IMG/VR virus record: IMGVR_UViG_3300009085_000025
Coordinates: 1-64,000 of that record
Reading direction: 5' to 3' (one strand)
DNA length: 64,000 bases
From: a virus
Lineage: Duplodnaviria > Caudoviricetes
Shown here: piece by piece, positions 27,705 through 36,194 of the stretch
Layout of the letters: each line of letters starts with the position of its first letter
Numbering within the stretch: the stretch's first letter is position 1
Notes under the pieces: model-generated
The model's input: only the letters and a program-made list of their open reading frames with translations
Database searches by the model: none
What the model was told of the DNA's origin: nothing
Translations under genes and position numbers: made by a program

Positions 27705-28967
27705 TTAAAATGGAAATTCGTCCAAAGATGATTCATTTAAAAAATTGAATTTTAGCGATTGTTGAACAAGCAATTCTTCTTCTTCTTTTCCTACGACACG
27801 TATAACTCTCGCCTTAGAAAGAATAACACTATCAGTTATCAATGATGCGTGTTGTTTGATTGCTACTGGTTCACATTCGATTAGAACTCTCTTATTTACA
27901 TTGCCATAGCTATTTCGAATTGAATGAACTCCACTAATATATGAAAACCAAAGTCCAAACCTATTATCTTCTGCTATCTCTCCAATTTTATATGTAAATT
28001 TCGGAGTGTGTTGTGAGTGAAGACTTCCATCATCTTCCATTACAACATATTTATAAACAAGGTCGGAGTTGACACTTACGTGTGTTACGTCATCGGAAAA
28101 CAATTGTCTTTTGTCCGTCTGGATAACATTCCAGAAGCCATCAATTTTGGTAAACAACTTGTTTGGAACCACACTAAAAGAAAAAGCCGTTGGTTTTATT
28201 CCGGTAAGTTTTACAACCAATTCAAGATAATCAGGAATATGAATGGCAGGAGTTGTTTTGTTGACATTTGACACATATTGAAATTCAAAATCGGTCAAGG
28301 CTTCCATCAGCGTGTCCATGGAGAAGTCTTTCTTCTTATTTTCTTCTGTGATGATATTCGCCAGAGAAGTTCCATAAAACTTTCCGAATTGTCTCTGCGC
28401 TTCTTCCCAAGAAGTAAGATTCATAGACATGAGAGAGATAATAAGTCTCATATATTGCATCTTTGAAATTGAATATCCTTCAGTTCGATATTTATCAACA
28501 CGTAAAGCAGAAATAATCGGAAACATTGTTTTCGGATTATAGTTCAAAACGCGCTGTGAATTATGCTGAAAGAATTCATCATGTAAAACAAATTCATCCG
28601 TGTCGGTTAGATACGCTCCCATGACACACGTAAAATCAAATTTTTCAAATAGCTTTTCTATATCAGAGAAATAATCAATCACAATAAATTGAACCACTGT
28701 TTCGTCAGATTTTATCATGATTGATTTGTCGGTATAATCAAAAATGATGTCAGATGTTCCCTTGATAGCCATGAGTGCACAAAACAAATCTTTTGGTGTT
28801 CTAAAATATACATCCACATCCGCTTCTAGTATTGACCTGTTGGTAAATACTCTGGATACAACACCTCCGGCAATGATTGCTCTAGATTCAATCAGGGCTT
28901 CCATCATAACATCGCTCAACATGCTTGCAATTTTCTGTGCTTCGACAGGATATTTCTTTGTAATCAT
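27705..28967 (-). CDS. Pol-beta superfamily nucleotidyltransferase (CCA/poly(A) polymerase-like head) with extra C-terminal domain
   Basis: IIAGGVV...DVDVYF...FDFTC catalytic signature; lies between two tRNA clusters. Confidence 0.75.
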   Translation of the reverse strand: MITKKYPVEAQKIASMLSDVMMEALIESRAIIAGGVVSRVFTNRSILEADVDVYFRTPKDLFCALMAIKGTSDIIFDYTDKSIMIKSDETVVQFIVIDYFSDIEKLFEKFDFTCVMGAYLTDTDEFVLHDEFFQHNSQRVLNYNPKTMFPIISALRVDKYRTEGYSISKMQYMRLIISLMSMNLTSWEEAQRQFGKFYGTSLANIITEENKKKDFSMDTLMEALTDFEFQYVSNVNKTTPAIHIPDYLELVVKLTGIKPTAFSFSVVPNKLFTKIDGFWNVIQTDKRQLFSDDVTHVSVNSDLVYKYVVMEDDGSLHSQHTPKFTYKIGEIAEDNRFGLWFSYISGVHSIRNSYGNVNKRVLIECEPVAIKQHASLITDSVILSKARVIRVVGKEEEELLVQQSLKFNFLNESSLDEFPF

Positions 28968-28973
28968 TTTTTA

Positions 28974-29411
28974 TTATTTCCTTATTTTATTGATTAATAT
29001 ATGCATATGTTCTTTAAACATATTATCATACAAATTATTTAACTCGTAATATTTTTCCCACAGTTCATTCTGTCTATCAGAATGTCTTCCGTTGTCTTCG
29101 GGGCTACCAATCTGATAAAGAATATCAATCATTCGAGAGTTGACTTGCATTCTCTCGGTTGAAAAATCTCCCTCAAGCTCACTCCAATAATCCGGATTGT
29201 ATCCACTAATAAACATAACTATCTGTCCAAATAAAAACAGAAGAATAAATGCAATCCCAAGTCCTAAAATCATAGATAAAGCCACTTCTGAAATAACGAT
29301 GATATCTTCCAACAAATAAAACTCCTTTCTTTTTATATTATAAAAGCCCACCGCAGTTGAACGAGTTCTGCAAACGATTTCGGAATTTCTCCTAAAAATA
29401 ATATCGAGCAT
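28974..29411 (-). CDS. Hypothetical membrane protein
   Basis: Hydrophobic segment LSMILGLGIAFILLFLFGQIVMF. Confidence 0.55.
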   Translation of the reverse strand: MLDIIFRRNSEIVCRTRSTAVGFYNIKRKEFYLLEDIIVISEVALSMILGLGIAFILLFLFGQIVMFISGYNPDYWSELEGDFSTERMQVNSRMIDILYQIGSPEDNGRHSDRQNELWEKYYELNNLYDNMFKEHMHILINKIRK

Positions 29412-29502
29412 ATTTTACATGGGTCGATTTCTTATTCTTGTTTGATGAGCTTTCATAATACAAAAACGTGAAATAAATAATTTTACTAATTTTTATTACT
29501 TG

Positions 29503-29574
29503 TGCATCCCTTGGGGGTCGAACCCAAAACCTGCGGATTAAAAGTCCGTTGCTCTGCCATTGAGCTAGGGAAGC
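29503..29574 (-). tRNA. tRNA-Lys (TTT)
   Basis: Acceptor GCTTCCC/GGGATGC (one mismatch), anticodon loop CTTTTAA, T-loop TTCGACC; no CCA. Confidence 0.88.
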
Positions 29575-29725
29575 ATTTTCTTGACTATCTCAGGTCGCTC
29601 TGTTTGACAATTCTCGTCACCGTAGATTAGCTCTATCGGCTTGGTTCTCTTGGATACTATCCATTGTGTCCGACTTGTCATACGTCCTTAAGTCAACGAA
29701 CAGCCCTCAATGAACAGTCAAGAAG
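29575..29725 (-). ncRNA. Candidate structured ncRNA B between tRNA-Ile2 and tRNA-Lys
   Basis: 11-bp closing helix joining both ends plus four internal hairpins, G-U pairs on - strand. Confidence 0.55.
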
Positions 29726-29798
29726 TGGGCGCGACAGGATTCGAACCTGTGACCAAGGAATTATGAGTTCCCTGCACTAACCACTGTGCTACGCACCC
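29726..29798 (-). tRNA. tRNA with CAT anticodon, most likely tRNA-Ile2 (lysidine type)
   Basis: Acceptor GGGTGCG/CGCGCCC, CTCATAA loop followed by TTGGTC as in bacterial Ile2; T-arm ACAGG-TTCGAAT-CCTGT; no CCA. Confidence 0.85.
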
Positions 29799-29972
29799 AA
29801 CTTGCTTCTACATATGTAGAAGTAAGTATTTATACATAAGTATATCATGAAACACATGTCTGTGTCAAATTACTTTGGAAGCAAGATGAGTAATTTCAAA
29901 ACACCAGACAATATTACAATCAAAACGGCGGGTACGACAAAAGATTTTATATCACTACTTGTTTTCACTTTG

Positions 29973-30287
29973 CTAATCCTTTTTTTCCGGTCTAATTCTA
30001 TATTGAAAACTTCCTCTACGACCATCATTATTTATGGAAACTAAAGCCATCAACGCAGACTTTCTCGAATCGTATGTTTTGTATTTATGCCACTTTTGCC
30101 AAGATGGAAAAGGCAAGTCTCCCATATAACGTGTTTCAATAACAATTTTTTGCTTCTTCTTTGGTGGTTTTGATTTTTCACAGGGTAAATTTGTTTCAGA
30201 AGGTTCTAGGCATTCTCTTTCACAATTTCCACAGATATATCCTTCTAATTCATCTGTCACCCATGTCGGTATCCATATATGTTCCAT
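29973..30287 (-). CDS. Hypothetical protein
   Basis: 104 aa, CxxC. Confidence 0.6.
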   Translation of the reverse strand: MEHIWIPTWVTDELEGYICGNCERECLEPSETNLPCEKSKPPKKKQKIVIETRYMGDLPFPSWQKWHKYKTYDSRKSALMALVSINNDGRRGSFQYRIRPEKKD

Positions 30288-30471
30288 GGTAGAATTATCC
30301 TTTTAACTTAGTAACAAATAAAATCCATAAAAAGACAGGGCAATACTTCCAAGTCCAAGTCCGAATAAAAGACTCGCGTCTTTGAAACCAATCACCCTGA
30401 TTGCTACAAAATATCCTAACACGAGCGGGGATGATACAAAAATTATCGCTAATATATTCATTTTATCCTTT

Positions 30472-30693
30472 CTATGAAATAGATGTTTTATGGTATTCCT
30501 GCAACACTCTTATCTCTATTATGTTAAATAATACGTGTTCGTGTTTTAGTATCAGTTTTTTATATTGTTCAGTGGCATAATCTAATTCGTCGCAGGACAT
30601 TATGCTATGATAATCATTACAATCATTTCGTTGAAATGCTGTCTCTGGTGAATCCCAAAACTCCACTTCATACCTTGTTCTCAATGTCTCCAT
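30472..30693 (-). CDS. Hypothetical protein
   Basis: 73 aa, GAGG RBS. Confidence 0.6.
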   Translation of the reverse strand: METLRTRYEVEFWDSPETAFQRNDCNDYHSIMSCDELDYATEQYKKLILKHEHVLFNIIEIRVLQEYHKTSIS

Positions 30694-30725
30694 TTGATAA
30701 TTCCTCTCTAAATAAAAAGCTGATT

Positions 30726-30995
30726 TTATTCATCTCTCGGTCTACCAAACATAACCAAAAAAATTAGACCTACAATTAAAATCGAAAATATATTTGGTAT
30801 CCATGCTCCCATGCTTGTCAAAATTTCCATCCACCTTGGAAAGAAAGCGTTCAATATTTCTCGTATGGCATACGCAAATGAGCCGATAAGAATTGATATA
30901 AAAATAATGAATCCCATGTTGTATCCACTAAAACTTATCTCTATCATAAACAGCAGAAAATTCCATGCTGCCACCAGCCATATCAAAATGTCCAA
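30726..30995 (-). CDS. Small membrane protein
   Basis: Two to three hydrophobic segments. Confidence 0.5.
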   Translation of the reverse strand: MDILIWLVAAWNFLLFMIEISFSGYNMGFIIFISILIGSFAYAIREILNAFFPRWMEILTSMGAWIPNIFSILIVGLIFLVMFGRPRDE

Positions 30996-31281
30996 CGTTG
31001 GCGTACTTTTCCTCTGCCTGAAGAAGTCGAATCAAATCGGATAAGGATTCTTGTCGAACATTGAAACATCTGACGTAATCTTTATTGCGGTATCTTCCAA
31101 CAACGATAATTTGAGAACCAGTTCCCTTATATCCAATATCGGCATGAACCGTTGTTTTCTCATTCAATTTCTTATGAAGTTCAGCGACATATAGATACAT
31201 GTCTCTATATTGTTTCTCGTGTTTTGTTGGCATATTCCAAACTTGCTTTAGTTGTTCGAATAATTGTCTTATTGTTCTCAC
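30928..31281 (-). CDS. Hypothetical protein
   Basis: 117 aa, GTG start, AGGAAG RBS. Confidence 0.6.
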   Translation of the reverse strand: MRTIRQLFEQLKQVWNMPTKHEKQYRDMYLYVAELHKKLNEKTTVHADIGYKGTGSQIIVVGRYRNKDYVRCFNVRQESLSDLIRLLQAEEKYANVGHFDMAGGSMEFSAVYDRDKF

Positions 31282-31304
31282 TATTGCTTCCTTTTTTTAT
31301 CTAA

Positions 31305-31841
31305 TCATGCATCAATCGTGGTAAAAATTCCTTGTTGTTCACAATAAAGTTTACCTACTTTTTCATTATCAGAAGATAGAACGATATATATATCGGATTC
31401 AGCAACATCTATCTTGCAATAAGATTGTTGAGTGCCAAACACATATGTCTCATTTAAAAAAGTGGTAAAGCTAACACCATTTTTTACTTTTGACCTATCA
31501 GATAATCTCAACCATTCAATGCATGACGCAAAAGATTTTTCTCCAACAAATGTCATGTTGATATCTGCGGAAACATTTTCACCATAAATTCGAGTAGTGA
31601 CTGTACAATTAGATTCCTCGGAGTGGGGGACTGGTGTTTCCGTGGGGGCAATCTCTGTCATTTTTTGATAAAAATCACGTTTGGCATTCTCAACAATTTG
31701 TGTGCTGGTTAATTCAATCGCCGTTCTCTTTTGTTGATTTTCAAGTGTAGAAACTCCCGTTGAATATAACACTATCATGAATATTCCAAAAACTATCATA
31801 AGAAAAGACGCTATATAAAAATATATTTCTCTAATTCTCAT
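31305..31841 (-). CDS. Membrane-anchored exported protein with PTETP linker
   Basis: N-terminal TM helix, TEIAPTETPVP linker, Cys-containing C-terminal domain. Confidence 0.65.
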   Translation of the reverse strand: MRIREIYFYIASFLMIVFGIFMIVLYSTGVSTLENQQKRTAIELTSTQIVENAKRDFYQKMTEIAPTETPVPHSEESNCTVTTRIYGENVSADINMTFVGEKSFASCIEWLRLSDRSKVKNGVSFTTFLNETYVFGTQQSYCKIDVAESDIYIVLSSDNEKVGKLYCEQQGIFTTIDA

Positions 31842-32023
31842 TGTTATCTACCTTCCATTGTTTGATGCTTGCTCTAATCATTCTTAAAAGAAGTGGTTCT
31901 TTATCCGATAATATTTCTTGAATTTCTTCTTCGGAAAATTTTATGCCGCCAGTTATCTCGTCCTGCCAACACAAATCCCTAATCAATTTTTCGGTTGTGT
32001 TCATTTTTCCATCCTACGATTAT

Positions 32024-32308
32024 TTAACTCTCGTGTTTCTCTTTTATCTTTTTCCGAAGAGATAAAAGATTCTTTTCAAATAGTTTATGTTCACTCCAAC
32101 ACAGCTTGTTCAATTCATCAATTTCTTTTGTAATATCTTCATCACAAAAGAACATCACGTTTTTCTTTGACACTTTCTCATCATAAGAAAAACCTCCGGT
32201 CTTTTTTGTGTAAAACACAAAGCTACTTGTTGTTCGAGAAACCAGAACACATTTTCCAAAGGCGTAGAACGTTATGTTTGGTTTTAAAACTGCGTATTTT
32301 GTTTTCAT
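32024..32308 (-). CDS. Hypothetical protein
   Basis: 94 aa, tiles operon. Confidence 0.55.
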   Translation of the reverse strand: MKTKYAVLKPNITFYAFGKCVLVSRTTSSFVFYTKKTGGFSYDEKVSKKNVMFFCDEDITKEIDELNKLCWSEHKLFEKNLLSLRKKIKEKHES

Positions 32309-32341
32309 TTATTCCTTTTCAATATAGCTTGACATCATTGA

Positions 32342-32608
32342 TTATATGGAGATATTCCATAGTTCATATAGTGCATCTGTCAACATTTTTAATGCTTCTT
32401 TTTCGCATTCTTCCATACATTCTTTTTTATCGTCGTATACGTGCAAGCTCATCTTTGTTTCTCTTGCTCGAATTGTCCAAAACCAACCGATGCCCTTGTT
32501 GCAAATATGCATCGATAATGCTGGAGAATATTGTTTTACCCAATGGTATTCTCCGGTACAGTGAAACATTTCATTCGTATCTTTTTTCCAATCGCTATTT
32601 GAACCCAT
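32342..32608 (-). CDS. Hypothetical protein
   Basis: 88 aa, AGGAGG RBS. Confidence 0.6.
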   Translation of the reverse strand: MGSNSDWKKDTNEMFHCTGEYHWVKQYSPALSMHICNKGIGWFWTIRARETKMSLHVYDDKKECMEECEKEALKMLTDALYELWNISI

Positions 32609-32876
32609 AATTTCCTCCTGTTTTTCAAAGCAATATTAATAACAACAACAATAACCACCAATTGCTAATGTCTTCGTGGATATTGGGAAAGTTGAACTTC
32701 GTCAACACGTTATTTATTCTTTTGATGATGTTTGATTTCATCGTTTATCCTTTTGGTAGATATGGAAATTCTTTTTTCCATCCACAGAGTTTACAAAAAT
32801 GCCATCTGGTTCCATGCCCATACAATATTATCGTAATATTTTTACAATTTCCACATTCCATAGATTTTCCCCCTTC

Positions 32877-33104
32877 CTATTCTTTTGTTAAAATATCAAA
32901 AATTTCACTCAAATCAGAAGTTGTAATATCTACAACATCTCCATTCTTTATAATAATATAATCCTTTATACTTCTTCCCCACATAAAGATACATACATCC
33001 TGAGCAATTTCAAAATCAAATACAACTCCGGCTGGCAAATCTACTGCCACACGTTTAATTCTAATTACTCTAAACATATTTTTCATCCTTTTATAAACCA
33101 ACAT
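32877..33104 (-). CDS. Hypothetical protein
   Basis: Tiles operon. Confidence 0.5.
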   Translation of the reverse strand: MLVYKRMKNMFRVIRIKRVAVDLPAGVVFDFEIAQDVCIFMWGRSIKDYIIIKNGDVVDITTSDLSEIFDILTKE

Positions 33105-33595
33105 TGACTCGGAAAAATTATATATCGGTCATCTTTCTTGTATCCTTGAAGCTTACACTGAGAACGGTTTATTCTTTTCATTCCACTACTATCAGTAAGA
33201 AACATTGCCCTATCCGAAATTCTGTGGACAACTGTATAATGATTCTCTCTTCCGCCGATTGATAAGATGATTGCCGTGTTTTGTACTTTTAAAAATTCCC
33301 GAGAAAACTTCCAAAAATCATCAATGGTATATGATGCCCACTTGAATATGGAAAATCTATCAATAAATTCCTCTCTTACAACATTGTTGATAACATCAGA
33401 CATATTCTTGTGAAGCATACCCCCAAGTAAAACGCTCTTGAGAATTTTCTTCTTGGATAAGTGTACAATAATTTTATCAAATAAATCATCCACATATTCA
33501 TCAGATGCATTTTTTACTATTCTATAACTATTACAAATAGAATATATTCCGCACAGAGAATCGAGCCCCCCTTGTAGTATAGGTAGTTTTTTCAT
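33083..33595 (-). CDS. Papain-like C39-type cysteine peptidase
   Basis: LQGGLDSLCGIYSICN (Q...C), NHYTVV (H), LTDS (D) catalytic pattern. Confidence 0.7.
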   Translation of the reverse strand: MKKLPILQGGLDSLCGIYSICNSYRIVKNASDEYVDDLFDKIIVHLSKKKILKSVLLGGMLHKNMSDVINNVVREEFIDRFSIFKWASYTIDDFWKFSREFLKVQNTAIILSIGGRENHYTVVHRISDRAMFLTDSSGMKRINRSQCKLQGYKKDDRYIIFPSQCWFIKG

Positions 33596-33834
33596 CAGTC
33601 TTCTATCCTATAATCAATCGATTTTATAAAGGCTTCAACAGCAAAAAACAATTCATCGTACCAGTGTGATGCATCTTTATCTAATGCTTTTCTTACACTT
33701 GGTTCCAAATCCTTTCCTGATTCTGCGTGATATCTCAAATCTGAGATATGTGAAAGAATTTCCTTTGTATTGGAAAGAACATTTTCACTACGGCGAATTT
33801 CCCTGAGAAGTTTTTCTATTTGTCTGGTTTCCAT
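33595..33834 (-). CDS. Hypothetical protein
   Basis: 79 aa, tiles operon. Confidence 0.6.
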   Translation of the reverse strand: METRQIEKLLREIRRSENVLSNTKEILSHISDLRYHAESGKDLEPSVRKALDKDASHWYDELFFAVEAFIKSIDYRIED

Positions 33835-33837
33835 ATT

Positions 33838-34095
33838 TTATCCTGTAACATTCGGAACAATAATCATCGTGTTGTTTTTATTGAAATAAACTCGATTGAT
33901 AGAGATATGTGGAAATTCGTTTGGCGATTGTTGATATATGGAAACTATGAAAGCGATAATTTCTTTATTATCAAAAAAAATGTCGTCATTAGAATTTCCG
34001 TTGTACGGAAGAGATATCTGCCTCATTTTTTTCAGGTCATTTTTTGTATAAAATAACCCCTTTGAATTTCTTACAATATTTATTCCAGTGTCCAT
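33838..34095 (-). CDS. Hypothetical protein
   Basis: 85 aa, tiles operon. Confidence 0.55.
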   Translation of the reverse strand: MDTGINIVRNSKGLFYTKNDLKKMRQISLPYNGNSNDDIFFDNKEIIAFIVSIYQQSPNEFPHISINRVYFNKNNTMIIVPNVTG

Positions 34096-34113
34096 TTGTT
34101 GTTGTCTCCGATG

Positions 34114-35169
34114 TTACTTGTCATTGGAAAAATCATTCAACACAGCCATAGCGTAGTTCATTTGAGTTGAGCGATTTCCAAACATGATTGAGTTGCTGGT
34201 ATCCTTTTTCGATTCGCGCAAATGATTTTCGTAGAAGGACACATTGTTGAATAAATCCCAAGCTGTTGCTCCACTTGTGGTTTTATCTCCACCGCCGAAC
34301 AAATATTCAATCTGGCGCTGGTCTTCGATTGCTTTTTCAAATTTCTTGGAAAGTTCTTCTTCTTTCTTTGCGCGAAGTTCAGCAGGATACGAACCAAGTT
34401 CTGCCGGAGTAGGATAAATTTGCTCAATCAAACTGCGTAAAACCTTGGCGCTATCAACCGGAGTTGCCTGTAATTTATTGAACAAATTTTCCGCCAGCCC
34501 CATTTGCGCTTCGCTTTCATTTTGAACATGACCCATCCAAGCGGATAAATCACGAAGAATATTTGGGGAATTATGACGACCAACCCAAACAGAAGATTCA
34601 CCGAGATTATTTTTCTTTCCGCGTTTATTTGCACGATTGAAATTATTCGCCATGTTGAATGTGTTTTCACAAACAACGCGCCACGAAAGAAGAGATAGAC
34701 TAATTGCCACTTTTGCATCAAATCCAGCTAAAACCGTTCCAAATAATTTTACCTCGTCTTTTCCGCCGACCATAATGGACTTTGGCATTTCCCAAGTCAG
34801 GAACATTCTTTCTCCCTTGCCAAGAAATCCAATTGTTTCGATTGGCTTTCCAACTTTTTCATCGAATGCTTTTCCAATATCTTCAGCTTGCACAACATGA
34901 TATCCTTTTGTGCAATATCCAATTACTCTGGTGTAATTGTCGTCTTTTACTGGAAGACGAATGATTGCAAAATCTCCGGTTTGTTCATATTCATTTTCTT
35001 CTGACAAAAAGAAAGTGGGTTCCTTTTTGAAAACAGGAATTCCGTCTGAAAAACTTTCCATTGCTAAAATTGCAGATTTTTCCCCGCTAAAACCACCGAG
35101 CTTATGCCATGCCTGACCGTTCTTATCTTCACGAATAGCTAAACGATTTCCGAAGTTATTGACCGTCAT
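34114..35169 (-). CDS. DUF932-family (TIGR03299-like phage/plasmid) protein
   Basis: AWHKLG N-terminus, GFLGKGERMF, RVVCENTF, TAWDLFNNVS motifs. Confidence 0.8.
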   Translation of the reverse strand: MTVNNFGNRLAIREDKNGQAWHKLGGFSGEKSAILAMESFSDGIPVFKKEPTFFLSEENEYEQTGDFAIIRLPVKDDNYTRVIGYCTKGYHVVQAEDIGKAFDEKVGKPIETIGFLGKGERMFLTWEMPKSIMVGGKDEVKLFGTVLAGFDAKVAISLSLLSWRVVCENTFNMANNFNRANKRGKKNNLGESSVWVGRHNSPNILRDLSAWMGHVQNESEAQMGLAENLFNKLQATPVDSAKVLRSLIEQIYPTPAELGSYPAELRAKKEEELSKKFEKAIEDQRQIEYLFGGGDKTTSGATAWDLFNNVSFYENHLRESKKDTSNSIMFGNRSTQMNYAMAVLNDFSNDK

Positions 35170-35219
35170 GTGTTTTCTCCTGTGTGAGTATCAAATATTC
35201 ATCTCATAAACAATAACTA

Positions 35220-35249
35220 ATTATACCATAAGATATAATCATTTGTCAA
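35220..35249 (-). promoter_or_regulatory. Sigma70-type promoter for DUF932 operon
   Basis: TTGACA-18 nt-TATAAT with extended -10 TG. Confidence 0.85.
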
Positions 35250-35343
35250 GTAGCAATATTCAAACTGGATGCGCGTAATAGCTGATGTGTTCCATGGATA
35301 CTCACCAGCGACCACAGTAAGGCTGGATATAGCCCTTAAAGCA

Positions 35344-35373
35344 CGACAGGCGACCAATATTGGTCGCCTGTCG
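35344..35373. repeat. Perfect 30-bp GC-rich palindrome
   Basis: CGACAGGCGACCAAT|ATTGGTCGCCTGTCG. Confidence 0.9.
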
Positions 35374-35382
35374 GTGGAGTGT

Positions 35383-35562
35383 CTATTGGTCTTCGTATTC
35401 GATTTCCACGTCTTCGTTGTCTTCATCATCCTCAATGGTGCTTGGCAACACAAGGTCGATAATCTCCAAGCAGTATGGACATCTGTATACAGACGTGTGC
35501 TTTAGATGTTTCTTACAATTCGGACAAGTGAGGTGTTTTTTGTTCTTTTTGTTGGGCTTCAT
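35383..35562 (-). CDS. Small zinc-ribbon protein with acidic tail (59 aa, not in ORF track)
   Basis: MKPNKKNKKHLTCPNCKK...RCPYC...EDDEDNEDVEIEYEDQ; GAGGA RBS. Confidence 0.7.
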   Translation of the reverse strand: MKPNKKNKKHLTCPNCKKHLKHTSVYRCPYCLEIIDLVLPSTIEDDEDNEDVEIEYEDQ

Positions 35563-35577
35563 TTGAATATCCTCTGA

Positions 35578-35784
35578 TTATTTTTCCTGAATATAAACGT
35601 CATATCCTTTGCAACTATGACACGACAATACATCTACATCGTAATCATTTTCAAACTCCAAAACTATTGCGTTTTTTTCATCTTTAGATAGTGTAAAATC
35701 AGCCCATAAGATTTTCTTATTCTCATCCTTGCTTCTTTGAATTTCTCTTTTTATCTTTTCAATGTATTCTTTTTTATTGTTCAT
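35578..35784 (-). CDS. Hypothetical protein
   Basis: 68 aa, tiles operon. Confidence 0.55.
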   Translation of the reverse strand: MNNKKEYIEKIKREIQRSKDENKKILWADFTLSKDEKNAIVLEFENDYDVDVLSCHSCKGYDVYIQEK

Positions 35785-36146
35785 TTTTGCACGTGTTTGA
35801 CACGGGAAAGAGAGCGTGAAAATCTATCGTATGACCCGTGATATCTTTTTGCAATAGCCATGGCAACAGCTTTTTCCTCGTCATAAATTTCATTTTTTCC
35901 AATGACAACTTTAGTCTGAGTTCCATCTTTCCAGAAAACAACCGTAGCTCGATTGTTATAAACAATAATTTTTTTTATTTTTGGCATTTCAACTACGCCA
36001 TCCGATTCGGGTTTGCTAAAACTCCATTTTATAGAGTTGCTTGGCACACAATAATATGAAATGTTTGGCGGTGGAACCGCTTTTGTAGTAAAATCGGAAA
36101 TATAATTTCCGGCTACATAAATCTTGGTATTCTTATCGAACTCCAT
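35781..36146 (-). CDS. Conserved phage hypothetical protein (T.V.W.DGT family)
   Basis: NRATVVFWKDGTQTKV...YDEEKAVAMAIAK. Confidence 0.7.
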   Translation of the reverse strand: MEFDKNTKIYVAGNYISDFTTKAVPPPNISYYCVPSNSIKWSFSKPESDGVVEMPKIKKIIVYNNRATVVFWKDGTQTKVVIGKNEIYDEEKAVAMAIAKRYHGSYDRFSRSLSRVKHVQK

Positions 36147-36194
36147 GGTTTCTCCTGTTTCAAAAAAATAATTTTCTTTCTCAAATCTAAGTAA

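Noticed and set aside
29801-29826. Palindrome CTTGCTTCTACATATGTAGAAGTAAG upstream of tRNA-Ile2
   Set aside because: Lacks the family A-C flanks; probably a simple terminator or processing stem
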